Shown here: in pieces, positions 13,201 through 23,499 of the stretch
Layout of the letters: each line of letters starts with the position of its first letter
How positions within the stretch are numbered: the first letter of the stretch is position 1
NCBI GenBank assembly: GCA_000708835.1
Contig: DF237000.1
Span: 210,706 to 274,705 of the forward strand
Length of the DNA stretch: 64,000 nucleotides
Reading direction: 5' to 3'
DNA from: Klebsormidium nitens
Taxonomy: Eukaryota > Plantae > Klebsormidiophyceae
Made by a program: the position numbers and the translations under genes
Notes under the pieces: model-generated
The model's database searches: none
What the model was told of the DNA's origin: nothing
Seen by the model: only the letters and a program-made list of their open reading frames with translations

Positions 13201-14460
13201 TAAACGCCATCGTACTTCGGATGATGACCAAGAAAGGCGCGTGTTTATCTGTCCGTACTGTCTTCGCAAAGACACGCTCACGTTATGGTCCTACTGTACG
13301 ATTAGGAAGGTTCTGATCATCACTTTTCTACTTCGCTGGACACAAGATACTGGACGCTTGAACGGGCCTTCTGTGCCCTGTTGCGCCCCACTGGCCCTCT
13401 GTAAGCTGCTTGAAAGCGAGTCCAATCTGAATAGCAGCGGGAGCGGTAGCAGGCTCAGGCTGTGATAAGAATCGTATGGTGGGTGCCGGCCCTTCAAGTT
13501 GACGCCCACAACGCTTCCGCGACTTCGTTTGCATGACGCTGCCTCCGTGATTGGTCGGATGTCGAAGGTCAAATTGGCCGTGGTTGATGCATCAGAGTAA
13601 TTGACGTCATTTTCAACCGGTCCTACCAGTAAGCAGCTGATACTAGTGTAGAAAAGAGTCTCAGAAGAACTTAGTTCATTGTGCGGTCGACTGATCTAAG
13701 ACTTCGGGATTGCGGGTCAGGAAACGAAAGGCATGACAAGTTTACGTACAAAGGTGGGGCCAGGTAATCCATCTCGCTCAATATTTTCTCTGATTTGCCC
13801 GTCTGCATCTGCCATCGAGCCATGAAAACCTTCATCTGAGTGCATTCGCACGGAAACAACGGCTGTTTGAAAATTGATGAACCTGAAGCTCCTCTTTCTT
13901 AGCTTCCGGAACAACGAGCATGCAGAGGGTGACCATGTTAAGGCTGCAGGCTAATTCTTGGAGGGCAAAGAAAACGAAACTGCCCAGTGCTGGTCCTTCA
14001 ACCCCAGAGATGAGCTAGAACACGATTCCGCCGTTGATATGCTTCTTTTTTTTCTCTTTTAGAAACGATTGAGTCTTTTTCTTTGTTGCGCGGTGTGGGC
14101 TGTGGTAATGCAGGGGGCCAGGTGGACATGGGTCTGGCGCCAAACTGCTTTGCACCAACAAGCTGCGCATGCCTTTTAATGCGTCGAGATTTGTGAGGGC
14201 CGGTGGCTGGTATGTTATTTGCCTGCTGGACTTCTCCCGCAGGTGCTGAGAGGGATCCTCTCAGCACCTGCGAGGATCGTTGAACCTGATTCAACTCCAT
14301 TGTCTCGTGCGCGAAAGGCTTGTGCTCAGATGTTTCCGGGTCCCTGTTTTTTGAGTGGCTTGGATGCTCTGCCAACTGAGGTTCTGCCTCAGATAGTTAT
14401 TGCACGTTACTCGCCTGACGCCACCGCTTCTCACAGCCACTTTTGTATGCGCGTACTGCA
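7230..14460 (+). pseudogene. Decayed tandem array of ~5 copies (1.3-2.4 kb) of a formerly coding unit carrying an F-box-like motif
   Basis: GTGGCTTGGATG anchors at ~7299, 8698, 10609, 11925, 14354, each followed by GACGCCACCGCTTC and (first four copies) CTGCATCCTTC. Other shared blocks recur: GAGCGGTGGCTGTG/CTCTG, GGGTCGAT, ACCAACAAGCTGCGC. Translated consensus is GLDALPTEVL..I...DATAS.QT.SAS and GAKPLCTNKLRMPF, with many stops and frameshifts. The repeat itself is certain; the F-box call is inference. Confidence 0.6.
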
Positions 14461-15199
14461 CCTGACCGAAGACTTGTCATGCGGTCTTATGTCGGTGCGA
14501 TATCATGTCGGTGAACAGACTGCCGCGCTCAGGCTAACGGCGAAAATGAAAAAGATACGATCTTTCCAGGTCACTCATATGGCATGCACACATCATCCAT
14601 GATCACTGAAGCATAGAAGCATCGTCCTGAGTAGCCGCCGCAGTGTCAGTATTAGTTTTCATCTTATCGATGGAAACTCAAACGCCGGCCGCTTCACGGC
14701 AGTTAGGTAGTGCACGCGCAGTAACGGTTGAACGGTTTCTTTGGTTGCTAGGTCCGTAGTTGTCGAGAAGAAGTTGTCAGAACATGTCCTTGCGAACAGC
14801 ACTAACAATGCCCTGTATCCGCACTCCGGCCCATGCCTTTGATTCGCACGGGCTATAAGCGAAGTATCCATGTGCTCTGCCCTCGTAAGGCAGGAAACAT
14901 TATTTGATTGGAAGGTCCGGTGACATCCTCGGGCGCCTTTAACAGCTCTAGTTCCTGCAACCATTCCCGAGAGTCTCTATCAAAAGGAACGCTCTCTCGA
15001 ACAACTTTGGATAATTCTGCAAGACCTTTTCAGCGGATGTGAGTGTAAATTCGTTTCTCCCAAGAGATCCGGCCAGAGCGTATCTCGACTTACACGCAGG
15101 ACGTTCCAATTAGGATTGGTTCCCTCGAAACTAGATTTTGAGTGAACGATCTGCTCATTTCTTTGGTGCAAAGATCAACCCGCTTCGGCCTCAATGCTG

Positions 15200-15780
15200 A
15201 ACGAGATTTCAACACCACATTGTTGAGCTGCCGTGCATCCGAAGGGCACAGCGAAGAAGTTTTTCTCGCGCGTTTTCAGGCTGCACCTCCTGGCCAGCAT
15301 CTCGATCACGAGCCCAAGCGTCAGCTTTTGCCACGTGGCAAAGCCTTGCGGCGCGGAAAAGCTTCTGACAATGTGATTGCCTATCTTCTCTCGCCTCGGC
15401 GCCCAGGATGAATTGAATCAATCGTTTTCTCGTCTTCTTGTTCGGTGACTCCCTTTCCTAAACCTCTTCTTCTTTCGACAGTACTTCTGTCACTCGTAGC
15501 CCTGCTTCCTCAAAGTCGTTTCTTTCTTGCAGTACTCCTGTTCATGTGCGACCTGGCCCAGCTCGCGATGAACTCTACGCCGCCGTTTTCAGAGGGCTCC
15601 AGGTCAGTCTACGGCCCACCATCCGAGATTGTCTTCTGATGCTATCCGGGCAAATGGAATTACCACCGTTGCCACCCCCGCCGACCACGTTCTTCACATT
15701 ATCGTCAAGCTCTGGAGGTGGCTTAACAAGTACCAAAGGTGGCTTGACGTCCGGGAGTGTTGTTTTAGAAGAGCACACCA
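15200..15780 (+). pseudogene. Decayed, inverted partial duplicate of two CABIN1 exons
   Basis: 15533 TACTCC-TGTTCATGTGCGACCTGGCCCAGCTCGCGATG aligns with the CABIN1 exon starting at 40741(-), TACTCCTTCTTCCTGAGCGACCTGGCCCAGCTCGCCATG. There is an exact 19-mer (15548-15566 = reverse complement of 40707-40725), and the acceptor AG is retained. Colinear matches continue (CGGGCAAATGGAA/CGGGCAACTGGAA; AAGCTCTGGAGGTG/AAGCGCTAGAAGAGGTG). A weaker match to exon 41547-41367 is at ~15227. Confidence 0.78.
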
Positions 15781-16177
15781 AACGTTTCTAAACAGCTGGC
15801 GTCTTAGAACCTAGATGGCACGCAGACTCTGAGACTCGATGACACTTAAGAGCTCGCTGTAGCATGTAACATATTAGCTGACGCGATTCCTCTAACTAGT
15901 GAAGCTTCCAGATTGGACTGGCCTGCAATACCGGAGCAATCTTGTCGATTTATTGCGACTCAATAATGTTGCTTTACCTTCCATGTGCTGGAGCTTGTTC
16001 GTCCTGGTAAGTGTTGAGTGCGGTTGTATGCTTGACTCTTGTATCATTACCCGACCGTTGTACAGTGTCTGGCCGGGGGTATACCTCAGGCGGACCGTCA
16101 TATACCGTTCGACTCAGGCTTAAACATATGCATGGCGCAAGCATGATAAGCGGACTCCGGCACAAACATGCTCAAAG

Positions 16178-17159
16178 TACCGTACTACCAAGGTATGATT
16201 CCGAATAAATGAATAATTATTTGCATTACGGAAAGTTAGAAAACTACCAAATAAGNNNNNNNNNNNNNNNNNNNNNNNNNNNNNNNNNNNNNNNNNNNNN
16301 NNNNNNNNNNNNNNNNNNNNNNNNNNNNNNNNNNNNNNNNNNNNNNNNNNNNNNNNNNNNNNNNNNNNNNNNNNNNNNNNNNNNNNNNNNNNNNNNNNNN
16401 NNNNNNNNNNNNNNNNNNNNNNNNNNNNNNNNNNNNNNNNNNNNNNNNNNNNNNNNNNNNNNNNNNNNNNNNNNNNNNNNNNNNNNNNNNNNNNNNNNNN
16501 NNNNNNNNNNNNNNNNNNNNNNNNNNNNNNNNNNNNNNNNNNNNNNNNNNNNNNNNNNNNNNNNNNNNNNNNNNNNNNNNNNNNNNNNNNNNNNNNNNNN
16601 NNNNNNNNNNNNNNNNNNNNNNNNNNNNNNNNNNNNNNNNNNNNNNNNNNNNNNNNNNNNNNNNNNNNNNNNNNNNNNNNNNNNNNNNNNNNNNNNNNNN
16701 NNNNNNNNNNNNNNNNNNNNNNNNNNNNNNNNNNNNNNNNNNNNNNNNNNNNNNNNNNNNNNNNNNNNNNNNNNNNNNNNNNNNNNNNNNNNNNNNNNNN
16801 NNNNNNNNNNNNNNNNNNNNNNNNNNNNNNNNNNNNNNNNNNNNNNNNNNNNNNNNNNNNNNNNNNNNNNNNNNNNNNNNNNNNNNNNNNNNNNNNNNNN
16901 NNNNNNNNNNNNNNNNNNNNNNNNNNNNNNNNNNNNNNNNNNNNNNNNNNNNNNNNNNNNNNNNNNNNNNNNNNNNNNNNNNNNNNCCAAGGTACGTACC
17001 GGAAGCCTTGAAAAGCCTAAACAAAAGGGTACCTGGGTACCTTAAAAGCTCATTCGGATTTAGGGTCGGATTCAGAAAAATAATCCAAGATTTGGGCTCG
17101 CATTCCGTAAAATAATTGCATATTTTGAGCATTCGGAATCATACCTTGGTAGTACGGTA
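16178..17159. mobile_element. Non-autonomous DNA transposon/MITE, Tc1/mariner-type (TA target duplication); interior unsequenced
   Basis: TA+CCGTACTACCAAGGTATGATTCCGAAT (16178-16206) is the exact reverse complement of ATTCGGAATCATACCTTGGTAGTACGG+TA (17131-17159). The imperfect inverted similarity continues inward (AATTATTT...TACGGAA). Confidence 0.8.
16256..16986. other. Assembly gap (run of N)
   Basis: 731 N bases. The ORFs called across it are artefacts. Confidence 1.
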
Positions 17160-18838
17160 AGGGCCTTTGTCGCTGCCGGTCTGACCTAGCACAAGCCTGG
17201 ACGGCTGCGCGACCATCAGTATAGCTGCAACCGCGCAATACTATGATACTACGTACAAAGCTAGCGGGGTGCTTATCGACATATAAAGTTTAGTGCGCCA
17301 GGCCCATCATGACATTCCAACTCGACCTTTTTGAATGCCTGAGTGATGTTAACCCCTTGATTATTGCCGTCTTTGTGGATACGATCCGATTTGCTGTGCA
17401 CTATTGAAGGCCCCGCCAGGCTGCCGCGCCGCAAGCCTTGAAGATATTCAGCGTCACACTGATATAGATCAATCATGTCAGTTTTTGATTGAATGAAAGG
17501 TTCACGTCTTGACATCATATTCAGTCCACACCGAATTCTAGGATTGCGTCCAGTCAGTTTCCACGTAAGGAGCCAGCCGACCAGGCTCTGGCACGGCGTG
17601 CCAGCACGTACAAACGCGAGCATGAAGAATTTTCAAGTTTCGAAGCGACAATTGAATCATGCAACCACCTAGCTCGATCAGTGCCACGCATACGGTTGAA
17701 ATCTAGTGGCATGCACACGATTGAAATCTGCTGGGTTGGCAGCCTAGCTGATCATATCTAGCTGCCCGGGCGTTAGGTTCAAAATCAATTCAAACATTGA
17801 ATGTCATGAAAGCCAATGGCCCGTATGGCTACGGCGATTCGGAAAATCAATTTAACTTGCCGGAGTTGCTAGTTAAGTTAGCAACCGGCGTCTTAGTGAT
17901 CTTCTGGTGAGTACGTCCGTGGCAGACACGCAATTAGACTAGAGCCTGGACTTGAGCTGGCGGCTCATGCGGCAACATAAACATTTACAACCCGTTAGGG
18001 GTTGCAACACGAGGGGCTTTGGCTTGCATATTATGTTGCACAATTTCGTGAGCATATATCTTGCGGTGGTGGCTCAGGAAGGCACAGCGCTATTTACACG
18101 TCATGCACTGGCACGGGCACGTCACAAAGACCGGGGACGTCTCGATCGACTTGACATCATTCAACAAAGTGCTTGCACTCATGCTTGCAAGCTAATTAAC
18201 GTCAGCACCATAGAAACTGCAACGACCCTCAAGACAGTCCGCTTACATGACACGCGACAGCTGCAATCCATCCCATGTACATCAGGACAGGGAGCTAGAA
18301 TGAAGCAACCTGGCCTTGACTGTCCCATCCAAAGGTGGACACATGACAGACCAGCCATCAGGAGGTTTCGTTACACGGCTCCATCGGTCTCCTGGCTATC
18401 TTGCCGAGAAGAAGTTGCTAGAGTCACCCACTCCCGCTGGTACGTGTCGAAGTCAAGACCTGCGATAGATCGGCAAAGGCTTTATAACCAGTCTAGAATT
18501 CATGCGAGCACTGAGATACAGGTATCTGTCTCTTTCGTAGTATTCCTTGCTGGACATTTATTTTCCGAACACGCCTATTCCCAGGCTAGGTGATCTTGCA
18601 AACTGCTCGGAAGACTTTCACAAATTTCCCCCTAGTCACAGGCATACCATCCTGCCAGCTTTCGCACAAGCAGGAACGGGCCACGGTTTCCGCACTTCCT
18701 GGTAATTCCTCCAAGGACGAGAGTCCTCTTTAGTCCTGTTTACAATCAGGCCTACACCGGACATGCCAGAGCCGGCACGTCTGGTCATCTGACTGTGCTA
18801 GTGCTCAAATATGAGGAAGTAGAAATGAGTCAGCTCAC

Positions 18839-21800
18839 CTGTAGTCCAGCTAAGTAAGTCACAATCTTCAGAGTCCCCTTCGGCCGCAGAAACGTCATCG
18901 CCCGGGGGACCGGAATCATCCGTTCCGAAATCTGATGCTTCTCGTCCTGATTTATACCTGGACACGTAAAATCCAAACAATTTGTTGTTGCGAACCAGAA
19001 TATCAGCTTTCCGCTTGTCCGCGGAAATTTGGCAGCTACCGTCATGCTATCAGATTGTTTTCAACCAATTGATCCGCCTTTGCCAAAGGTATTCCACCGT
19101 GATCAGGATCGAGCTTTGATCGACGAAAAACATTCGCGCACATACTCTTCTAATTTTGCTTCGACCAGCGGCCTCAAATCCGCTTGGTCAAATCTGTACC
19201 TTCCTGGTTTCTCTTACAGGCGACAGAGCTCTGGAACGTGTCAGTCTGCACACCCGTGACCGACCCAACTCGTCATATCTGACAATGCGAAACGACTTCG
19301 TTAAGAGGAACTTACATCTGCTGGAACCATTCTAACTTTTTCCGTCGAGCGAGCTGCTCCAGGTCTTCCCGCCGCTTTAGTTTGGAGTAATGGAACGGTC
19401 GCCTGCAGGGAGTGATAGTCAGATAGTTCTGATACCGGTGGAAAGCAATCCTTAAATCTTCTTTTTTTCGGAACAACACGTACGTTACATAATTAGAGTA
19501 CTGCTCAGAAACGCTGGGTTTTGTCTTACGTCTGGTCCATAAGTCGTCTCGTGCGTGAGGCATCGTTGCTTACAGAATGCGCACATACGGGTTCAGAAGA
19601 CCAAATGACCATACGTTGCGACCCCTTCAACGAAGCCTGTGAAATCTGCTTCCCGCTGACGACCTGAATATCGAAACAAGGAAAGCGACCAGAAACGACG
19701 AGAGACAATTGTGGATAAGGGTTGCCAGTCTTGACAGTAGCGCCGATCAGACGAACTTTGTTTCGATTCAGACTTCGGATCCGCAAGGCCAATCAATATC
19801 CGGCTCGCTCCCGACCACAGAAAAATCCCCAGAAGTCTTGCGGTACGTTGCTTTCCGTTCCACTTTGAGCCGCACGAAGCATCGCTTTCCTCAGCAATCA
19901 GTCTTCCCTTTGATTTCGCCGGTGCGTCGGCAAAAGCTGCAGGGACTATCCGATATGTGGACCGATATCCGAAAACTAGACCGACTTTCGCTCTGGACCC
20001 GAAGTTGCGCTAGCGGTGAGCACAAAGCAAATAAATTTAGAAGCTCACCGTACGGCCGCGGTGCGCACGGTAACTGGGTCCACCGGTTGGAGCAACCGCT
20101 CGGCAACCGGGCGCCAGCCGTTGTTCTCCCACCTCAGGTACCAGTCTTCTTCCTCCCCCCCCGACTGCTTTCGCGTGCCCGGTTGGCGCTTGCCCCGCCT
20201 CTGGGACAGGGCGGCGTAGTCCCGGGGGCAGAAGGAGCAGACGTCGGTGACTGGCCGGTGCGTGTAGATCTTGTAGAAGACCTGCGCGGCGGGATTATTC
20301 GCTGTTCAACTATGAGAATAACAGACCGCTTTTGGACACACCAATTAGTGGTGCTCTTCTCCCCCAATTGGCTCAAAGCTTTGCGCCGCCCGACAGTTAA
20401 CCTGAAGTGCTATATTGCCGATGCGGTAACACCGCAAACGAGGACCTTGCTGATCAAGCTGCACGGATCTGATTGGTGTATCGAGACAAGCCGGATATAC
20501 AATCAAACGAAATGTCGAAAATCAGGCTTGAGACCGTGTGCACGAACTAGCAGTGAGAAAACAGCTGACTTGATTTGGAACCGTGCCTGCTAACTTGTCG
20601 CACGCCTCTGCAAGGATCAAGGTTTCCGTAAATTGCTGAACTGAAGCGGGTGCAGTCCTTCCCCGAACACCGAGTTTTCTGCCCTCGACGCAAGCCAAGA
20701 GATCCGGAGACCAGACGCACACCAGACGTTGTAAGAGCGCAGGGTTTTCCTCTCGAGCTGAGCTTACGAGTGCCTATCTAAAAGCGGACCGGTGGGCATC
20801 AATGAATCGGCCTCTCGGCGATGAACGTGTGCATTGGGCACATGCGGAAAAGGAAGAAGATGAAGACAGAAAACCAAGTAGAGAAGAACACGGAGGAACA
20901 GAAGAAAGAGAGAAGGAACGAAAATTACTCACCATAGGAGGGAAAGTATCTCCGCCCAGCCGGAATCGGACGTGGAGGCCAGCCGCAGCTTCCGCGTATC
21001 TGGCCTGCGAACCAAGGTTGAAGGGGTTTGTGGTAAACCCCAGAAAAGTCGTACGTGTTCTCTTCTCTCGCTTCAGTCAGATCCTCAAACTTTTGGGCTC
21101 CCCAAGGTCAAGTCAGGAGGTCAACGCGTTGAGTGAAAGGAAGATAGTGGAAGAAAAGAAGAACGGGGTCGTTCAGCAGCTCTGCTTACAAGGATGTTTT
21201 GCACCTAAGCAGCTATGGTTGAGGTTTTTTAACCAGCTGTAAAACGGCTTCTTTGATAGAAGGGCATCTAACCGAGGTCTAAGCAGGCTTAGTTAACAGC
21301 GGTATTTCCGAAGTGGTTCATATGCATCGAAACTCAAGAATTACTCTCGTGTGGAGCATGTAGATCCAACAATTCTTGACACTAGGCGGTTCAGACGCTG
21401 CTTTTCCCGTTGGCAACCCCTTCTCTGCGCGCTAGAACACTTAAAACCGTTTATCAAATGTGAAATACCGATGGAAGGTGGCGTCAGCGAAACACGCGGT
21501 AAGCGAACGCAATCGGCTTTGAACCAGACACGGAAAGACTGGCAACGCACACTGATATGAAAATCCGACCTTCTTGACTCCATCAGCCCGTAAGTACAAG
21601 GGGCGAGCTGATGTTACAAACCTTACCTCTGTGGGGTTGATCGAGCGCAGGAGCAGTGCTGGGTCACCCCTTTCTCGGAATCTGATAAGGTCCCGGAAGT
21701 ATCGGTAGACTTTTCTGTTCTGCACAAAATCGAGAGCAATGGTAAAGCTGGCAGCTAAAGATGGCATGCTGTAAGGACAACCATGCAGTCTGCAGTTCCT

Positions 21801-22450
21801 CTGGTCCCTCCACGTCAGCAGGCGCCGGGACTAACTTGGCAGAGCTCTCGGGCGGTTTCTCTGCTTTTTTATCGGCTTTTGAGGGCTTCGGTACACTTCT
21901 CGGCAAGGACAAAGAAGCGTGCCGTGCGGCGGAAATCAAAGGCTGTGGAGAAGGCTTTCCGCTGTGGCCACCTGATTCGAATCATTTCGGAGTAGTATCG
22001 GGAAAGAACGATTAAAGAGGGCGCATCATCGCAGTGGCCGTGAACGTCAGCACCGGTCACCGCTTAGCAGTATGTCGAGCTTGGGGACACAAACCGGGAC
22101 AATCTGTCATTCGGCGACAGGTGAGCAGAGCGACCCTGCTGACCAGTCGCTCTGTGAAGCCAATTCAAATGCGTGTCCATACCTTCTTTTCGAAGCGTCT
22201 GCATGCAATTTCCATCTTTGTGTGCGCGGTTCGACGTGTCCCTTCCTGAATAATGGACGTTCTCAAATGTGCCCCACTGACCTGGAGAATCATCGTACCA
22301 TCAAAACAACACGTCTGGGGTTTCGAAGAAGAATCATCTAACGAGTGCCAGATGCATACTTACCCAGTAAGACTTCCAAGCTCGCTGCAGCTTCTTGACG
22401 GCTATGTCCCTGCCAGGCGACTCTGGCATGCTGAAGTCCTTCCGTGCCAT
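18839..22450 (-). CDS. C11orf65: C11orf65/MFI-like protein (N-terminal IQ-like motif; family typical of ciliated eukaryotes); 3' end unresolved
   Basis: Exons 22450-22364, 21719-21627, 21004-20933, 20281-20049, 19402-19316, 18957-18839 splice in phase. They give AVKKLQRAWKSY...YFRDLIRFRERGDPALLLRSINPTE...AAAGLHVRFRLGGDTFPPMVFYKIYTHRPVTDVCSFCPRDY...WYLRWENNGWRPV...FHYSKLKRREDLEQLARRKKLEWFQQMY...DLLSWT, colinear with human C11orf65 motifs (RFRLGG.KFPP.IYYKIFTHRP, WY.R.ENNGWRPV, FHFSKLKR). The start may lie further upstream. Confidence 0.88.
21222..21300. repeat. Short dispersed repeat; inverted copy at 23718-23810
   Basis: ATAGAAGGGCATCTAACCGAGGTCTAAGCAGGCTTAGTTAACAGC (21256-21300) versus the reverse complement of 23718-23762, GTAGAAGGGCATCTAAACGAGGTCTAACCAGGCTTGGTTAACAGC: 4 mismatches in 45 nt. 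Confidence 0.75.
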
Positions 22451-22564
22451 GTTGCCGCTCGTCACATCAGGCAGAACGTCTGCAATCGAGAAGGGGCTCG
22501 TTATCACATGAATGTAGTTACGGGAGTGGATCTCCGTCCAACTCAAAAGAATCTGATTTGAGAC

Positions 22565-22800
22565 GGAGGATCTTTTGCGGACTGTCAATCTGCTTTCGCT
22601 TTTGCGGTGTCTCAACATCTGAAAGGCAGGCTCTGAGGTTCGTATTTCAATGATCTTCTCCCGGAAGAGAGGCTGCTTTGAAATGGAGCATCTTTCGCGG
22701 ACTGTCAAGCTGCTTTCGCTTATCAAGCTGTCTCAACATCTGAAAGCATGTACTGAGGTTCTTAGTTCCCTGTTCTCCTTCAGGATGAGAGCTGCCCTCT
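22565..22800. repeat. Two-copy ~120 bp tandem duplication
   Basis: GCGGACTGTCAA(T/G)CTGCTTTCGCT...TGTCTCAACATCTGAAAG...CTGAGGTTC occurs at ~22577 and ~22697. Confidence 0.85.
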
Positions 22801-23499
22801 CCGAGGGTGTGCTGCCGACAAACTCTCGGAGGCACCCTTCTTCAGCCTTTGGTACCTCCGAACGGGTAGCAATTGAGTTGCTTGTCCTCCGTTCCTCAAA
22901 GATCTTTGCAGTGACAATCCAATCTACTGACCAACACGGTTACAGCCCCCAATCGAGCTTCGAAGATGGGCTGCTCCGTCAAGATTTGGCTGGTTGTAGA
23001 CTAACCGGGGGCAAAGATTAGCCTTTCAAAGCTCAGATTGGAACTTCAAACAAAGTATTCTCGCGGCGCAACAGTTTAAGAAGATGGTACGTCACAAGAA
23101 GACTCGCCGAAGATGCCAGGGAAAAAGGCCACGGCCGAATGCTGTTGCGCTCAGAACACTTCCTGGTAAGGTGCAACTAGTAATCACATGTTTCTCACGC
23201 TATCGTCTTTGGGCTGTCGGGCCCACATTGAGGATTAGCTTTTCAGCATACCTTGCCGCGTGCTTAGAGGCCTGAGCCCACTCAAGGCGCATGCGTGTCG
23301 TCCTTCGCTGGAGGCGTCAGAAGTCTCCAGGCTCAGCTATGTCTCCGAATAAGCAGCAGGGACGTGGCGTGGGTGCGAGCGTCGCCGCAGGAAACCACCA
23401 GCGTGCGGAGGTGGCTACCAATTATTCGCGGCATTGCTACACAACGTCTGGAAAGAGAAACAAATCAATCATACATGATCTCATTGAATCATTATATAG

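Noticed and set aside
16209-17132. ORFs of 248-298 aa across 16.2-17.1 kb
   Set aside because: They consist of translated N bases from the assembly gap.
17952-18593. 213-aa plus-strand ORF
   Set aside because: No recognisable domain, non-ATG start, and it lies in a CATG-rich decayed intergenic block; likely chance.
19709-20593. 294-aa plus-strand ORF
   Set aside because: Antisense shadow of the GC-rich C11orf65 exon plus intron.
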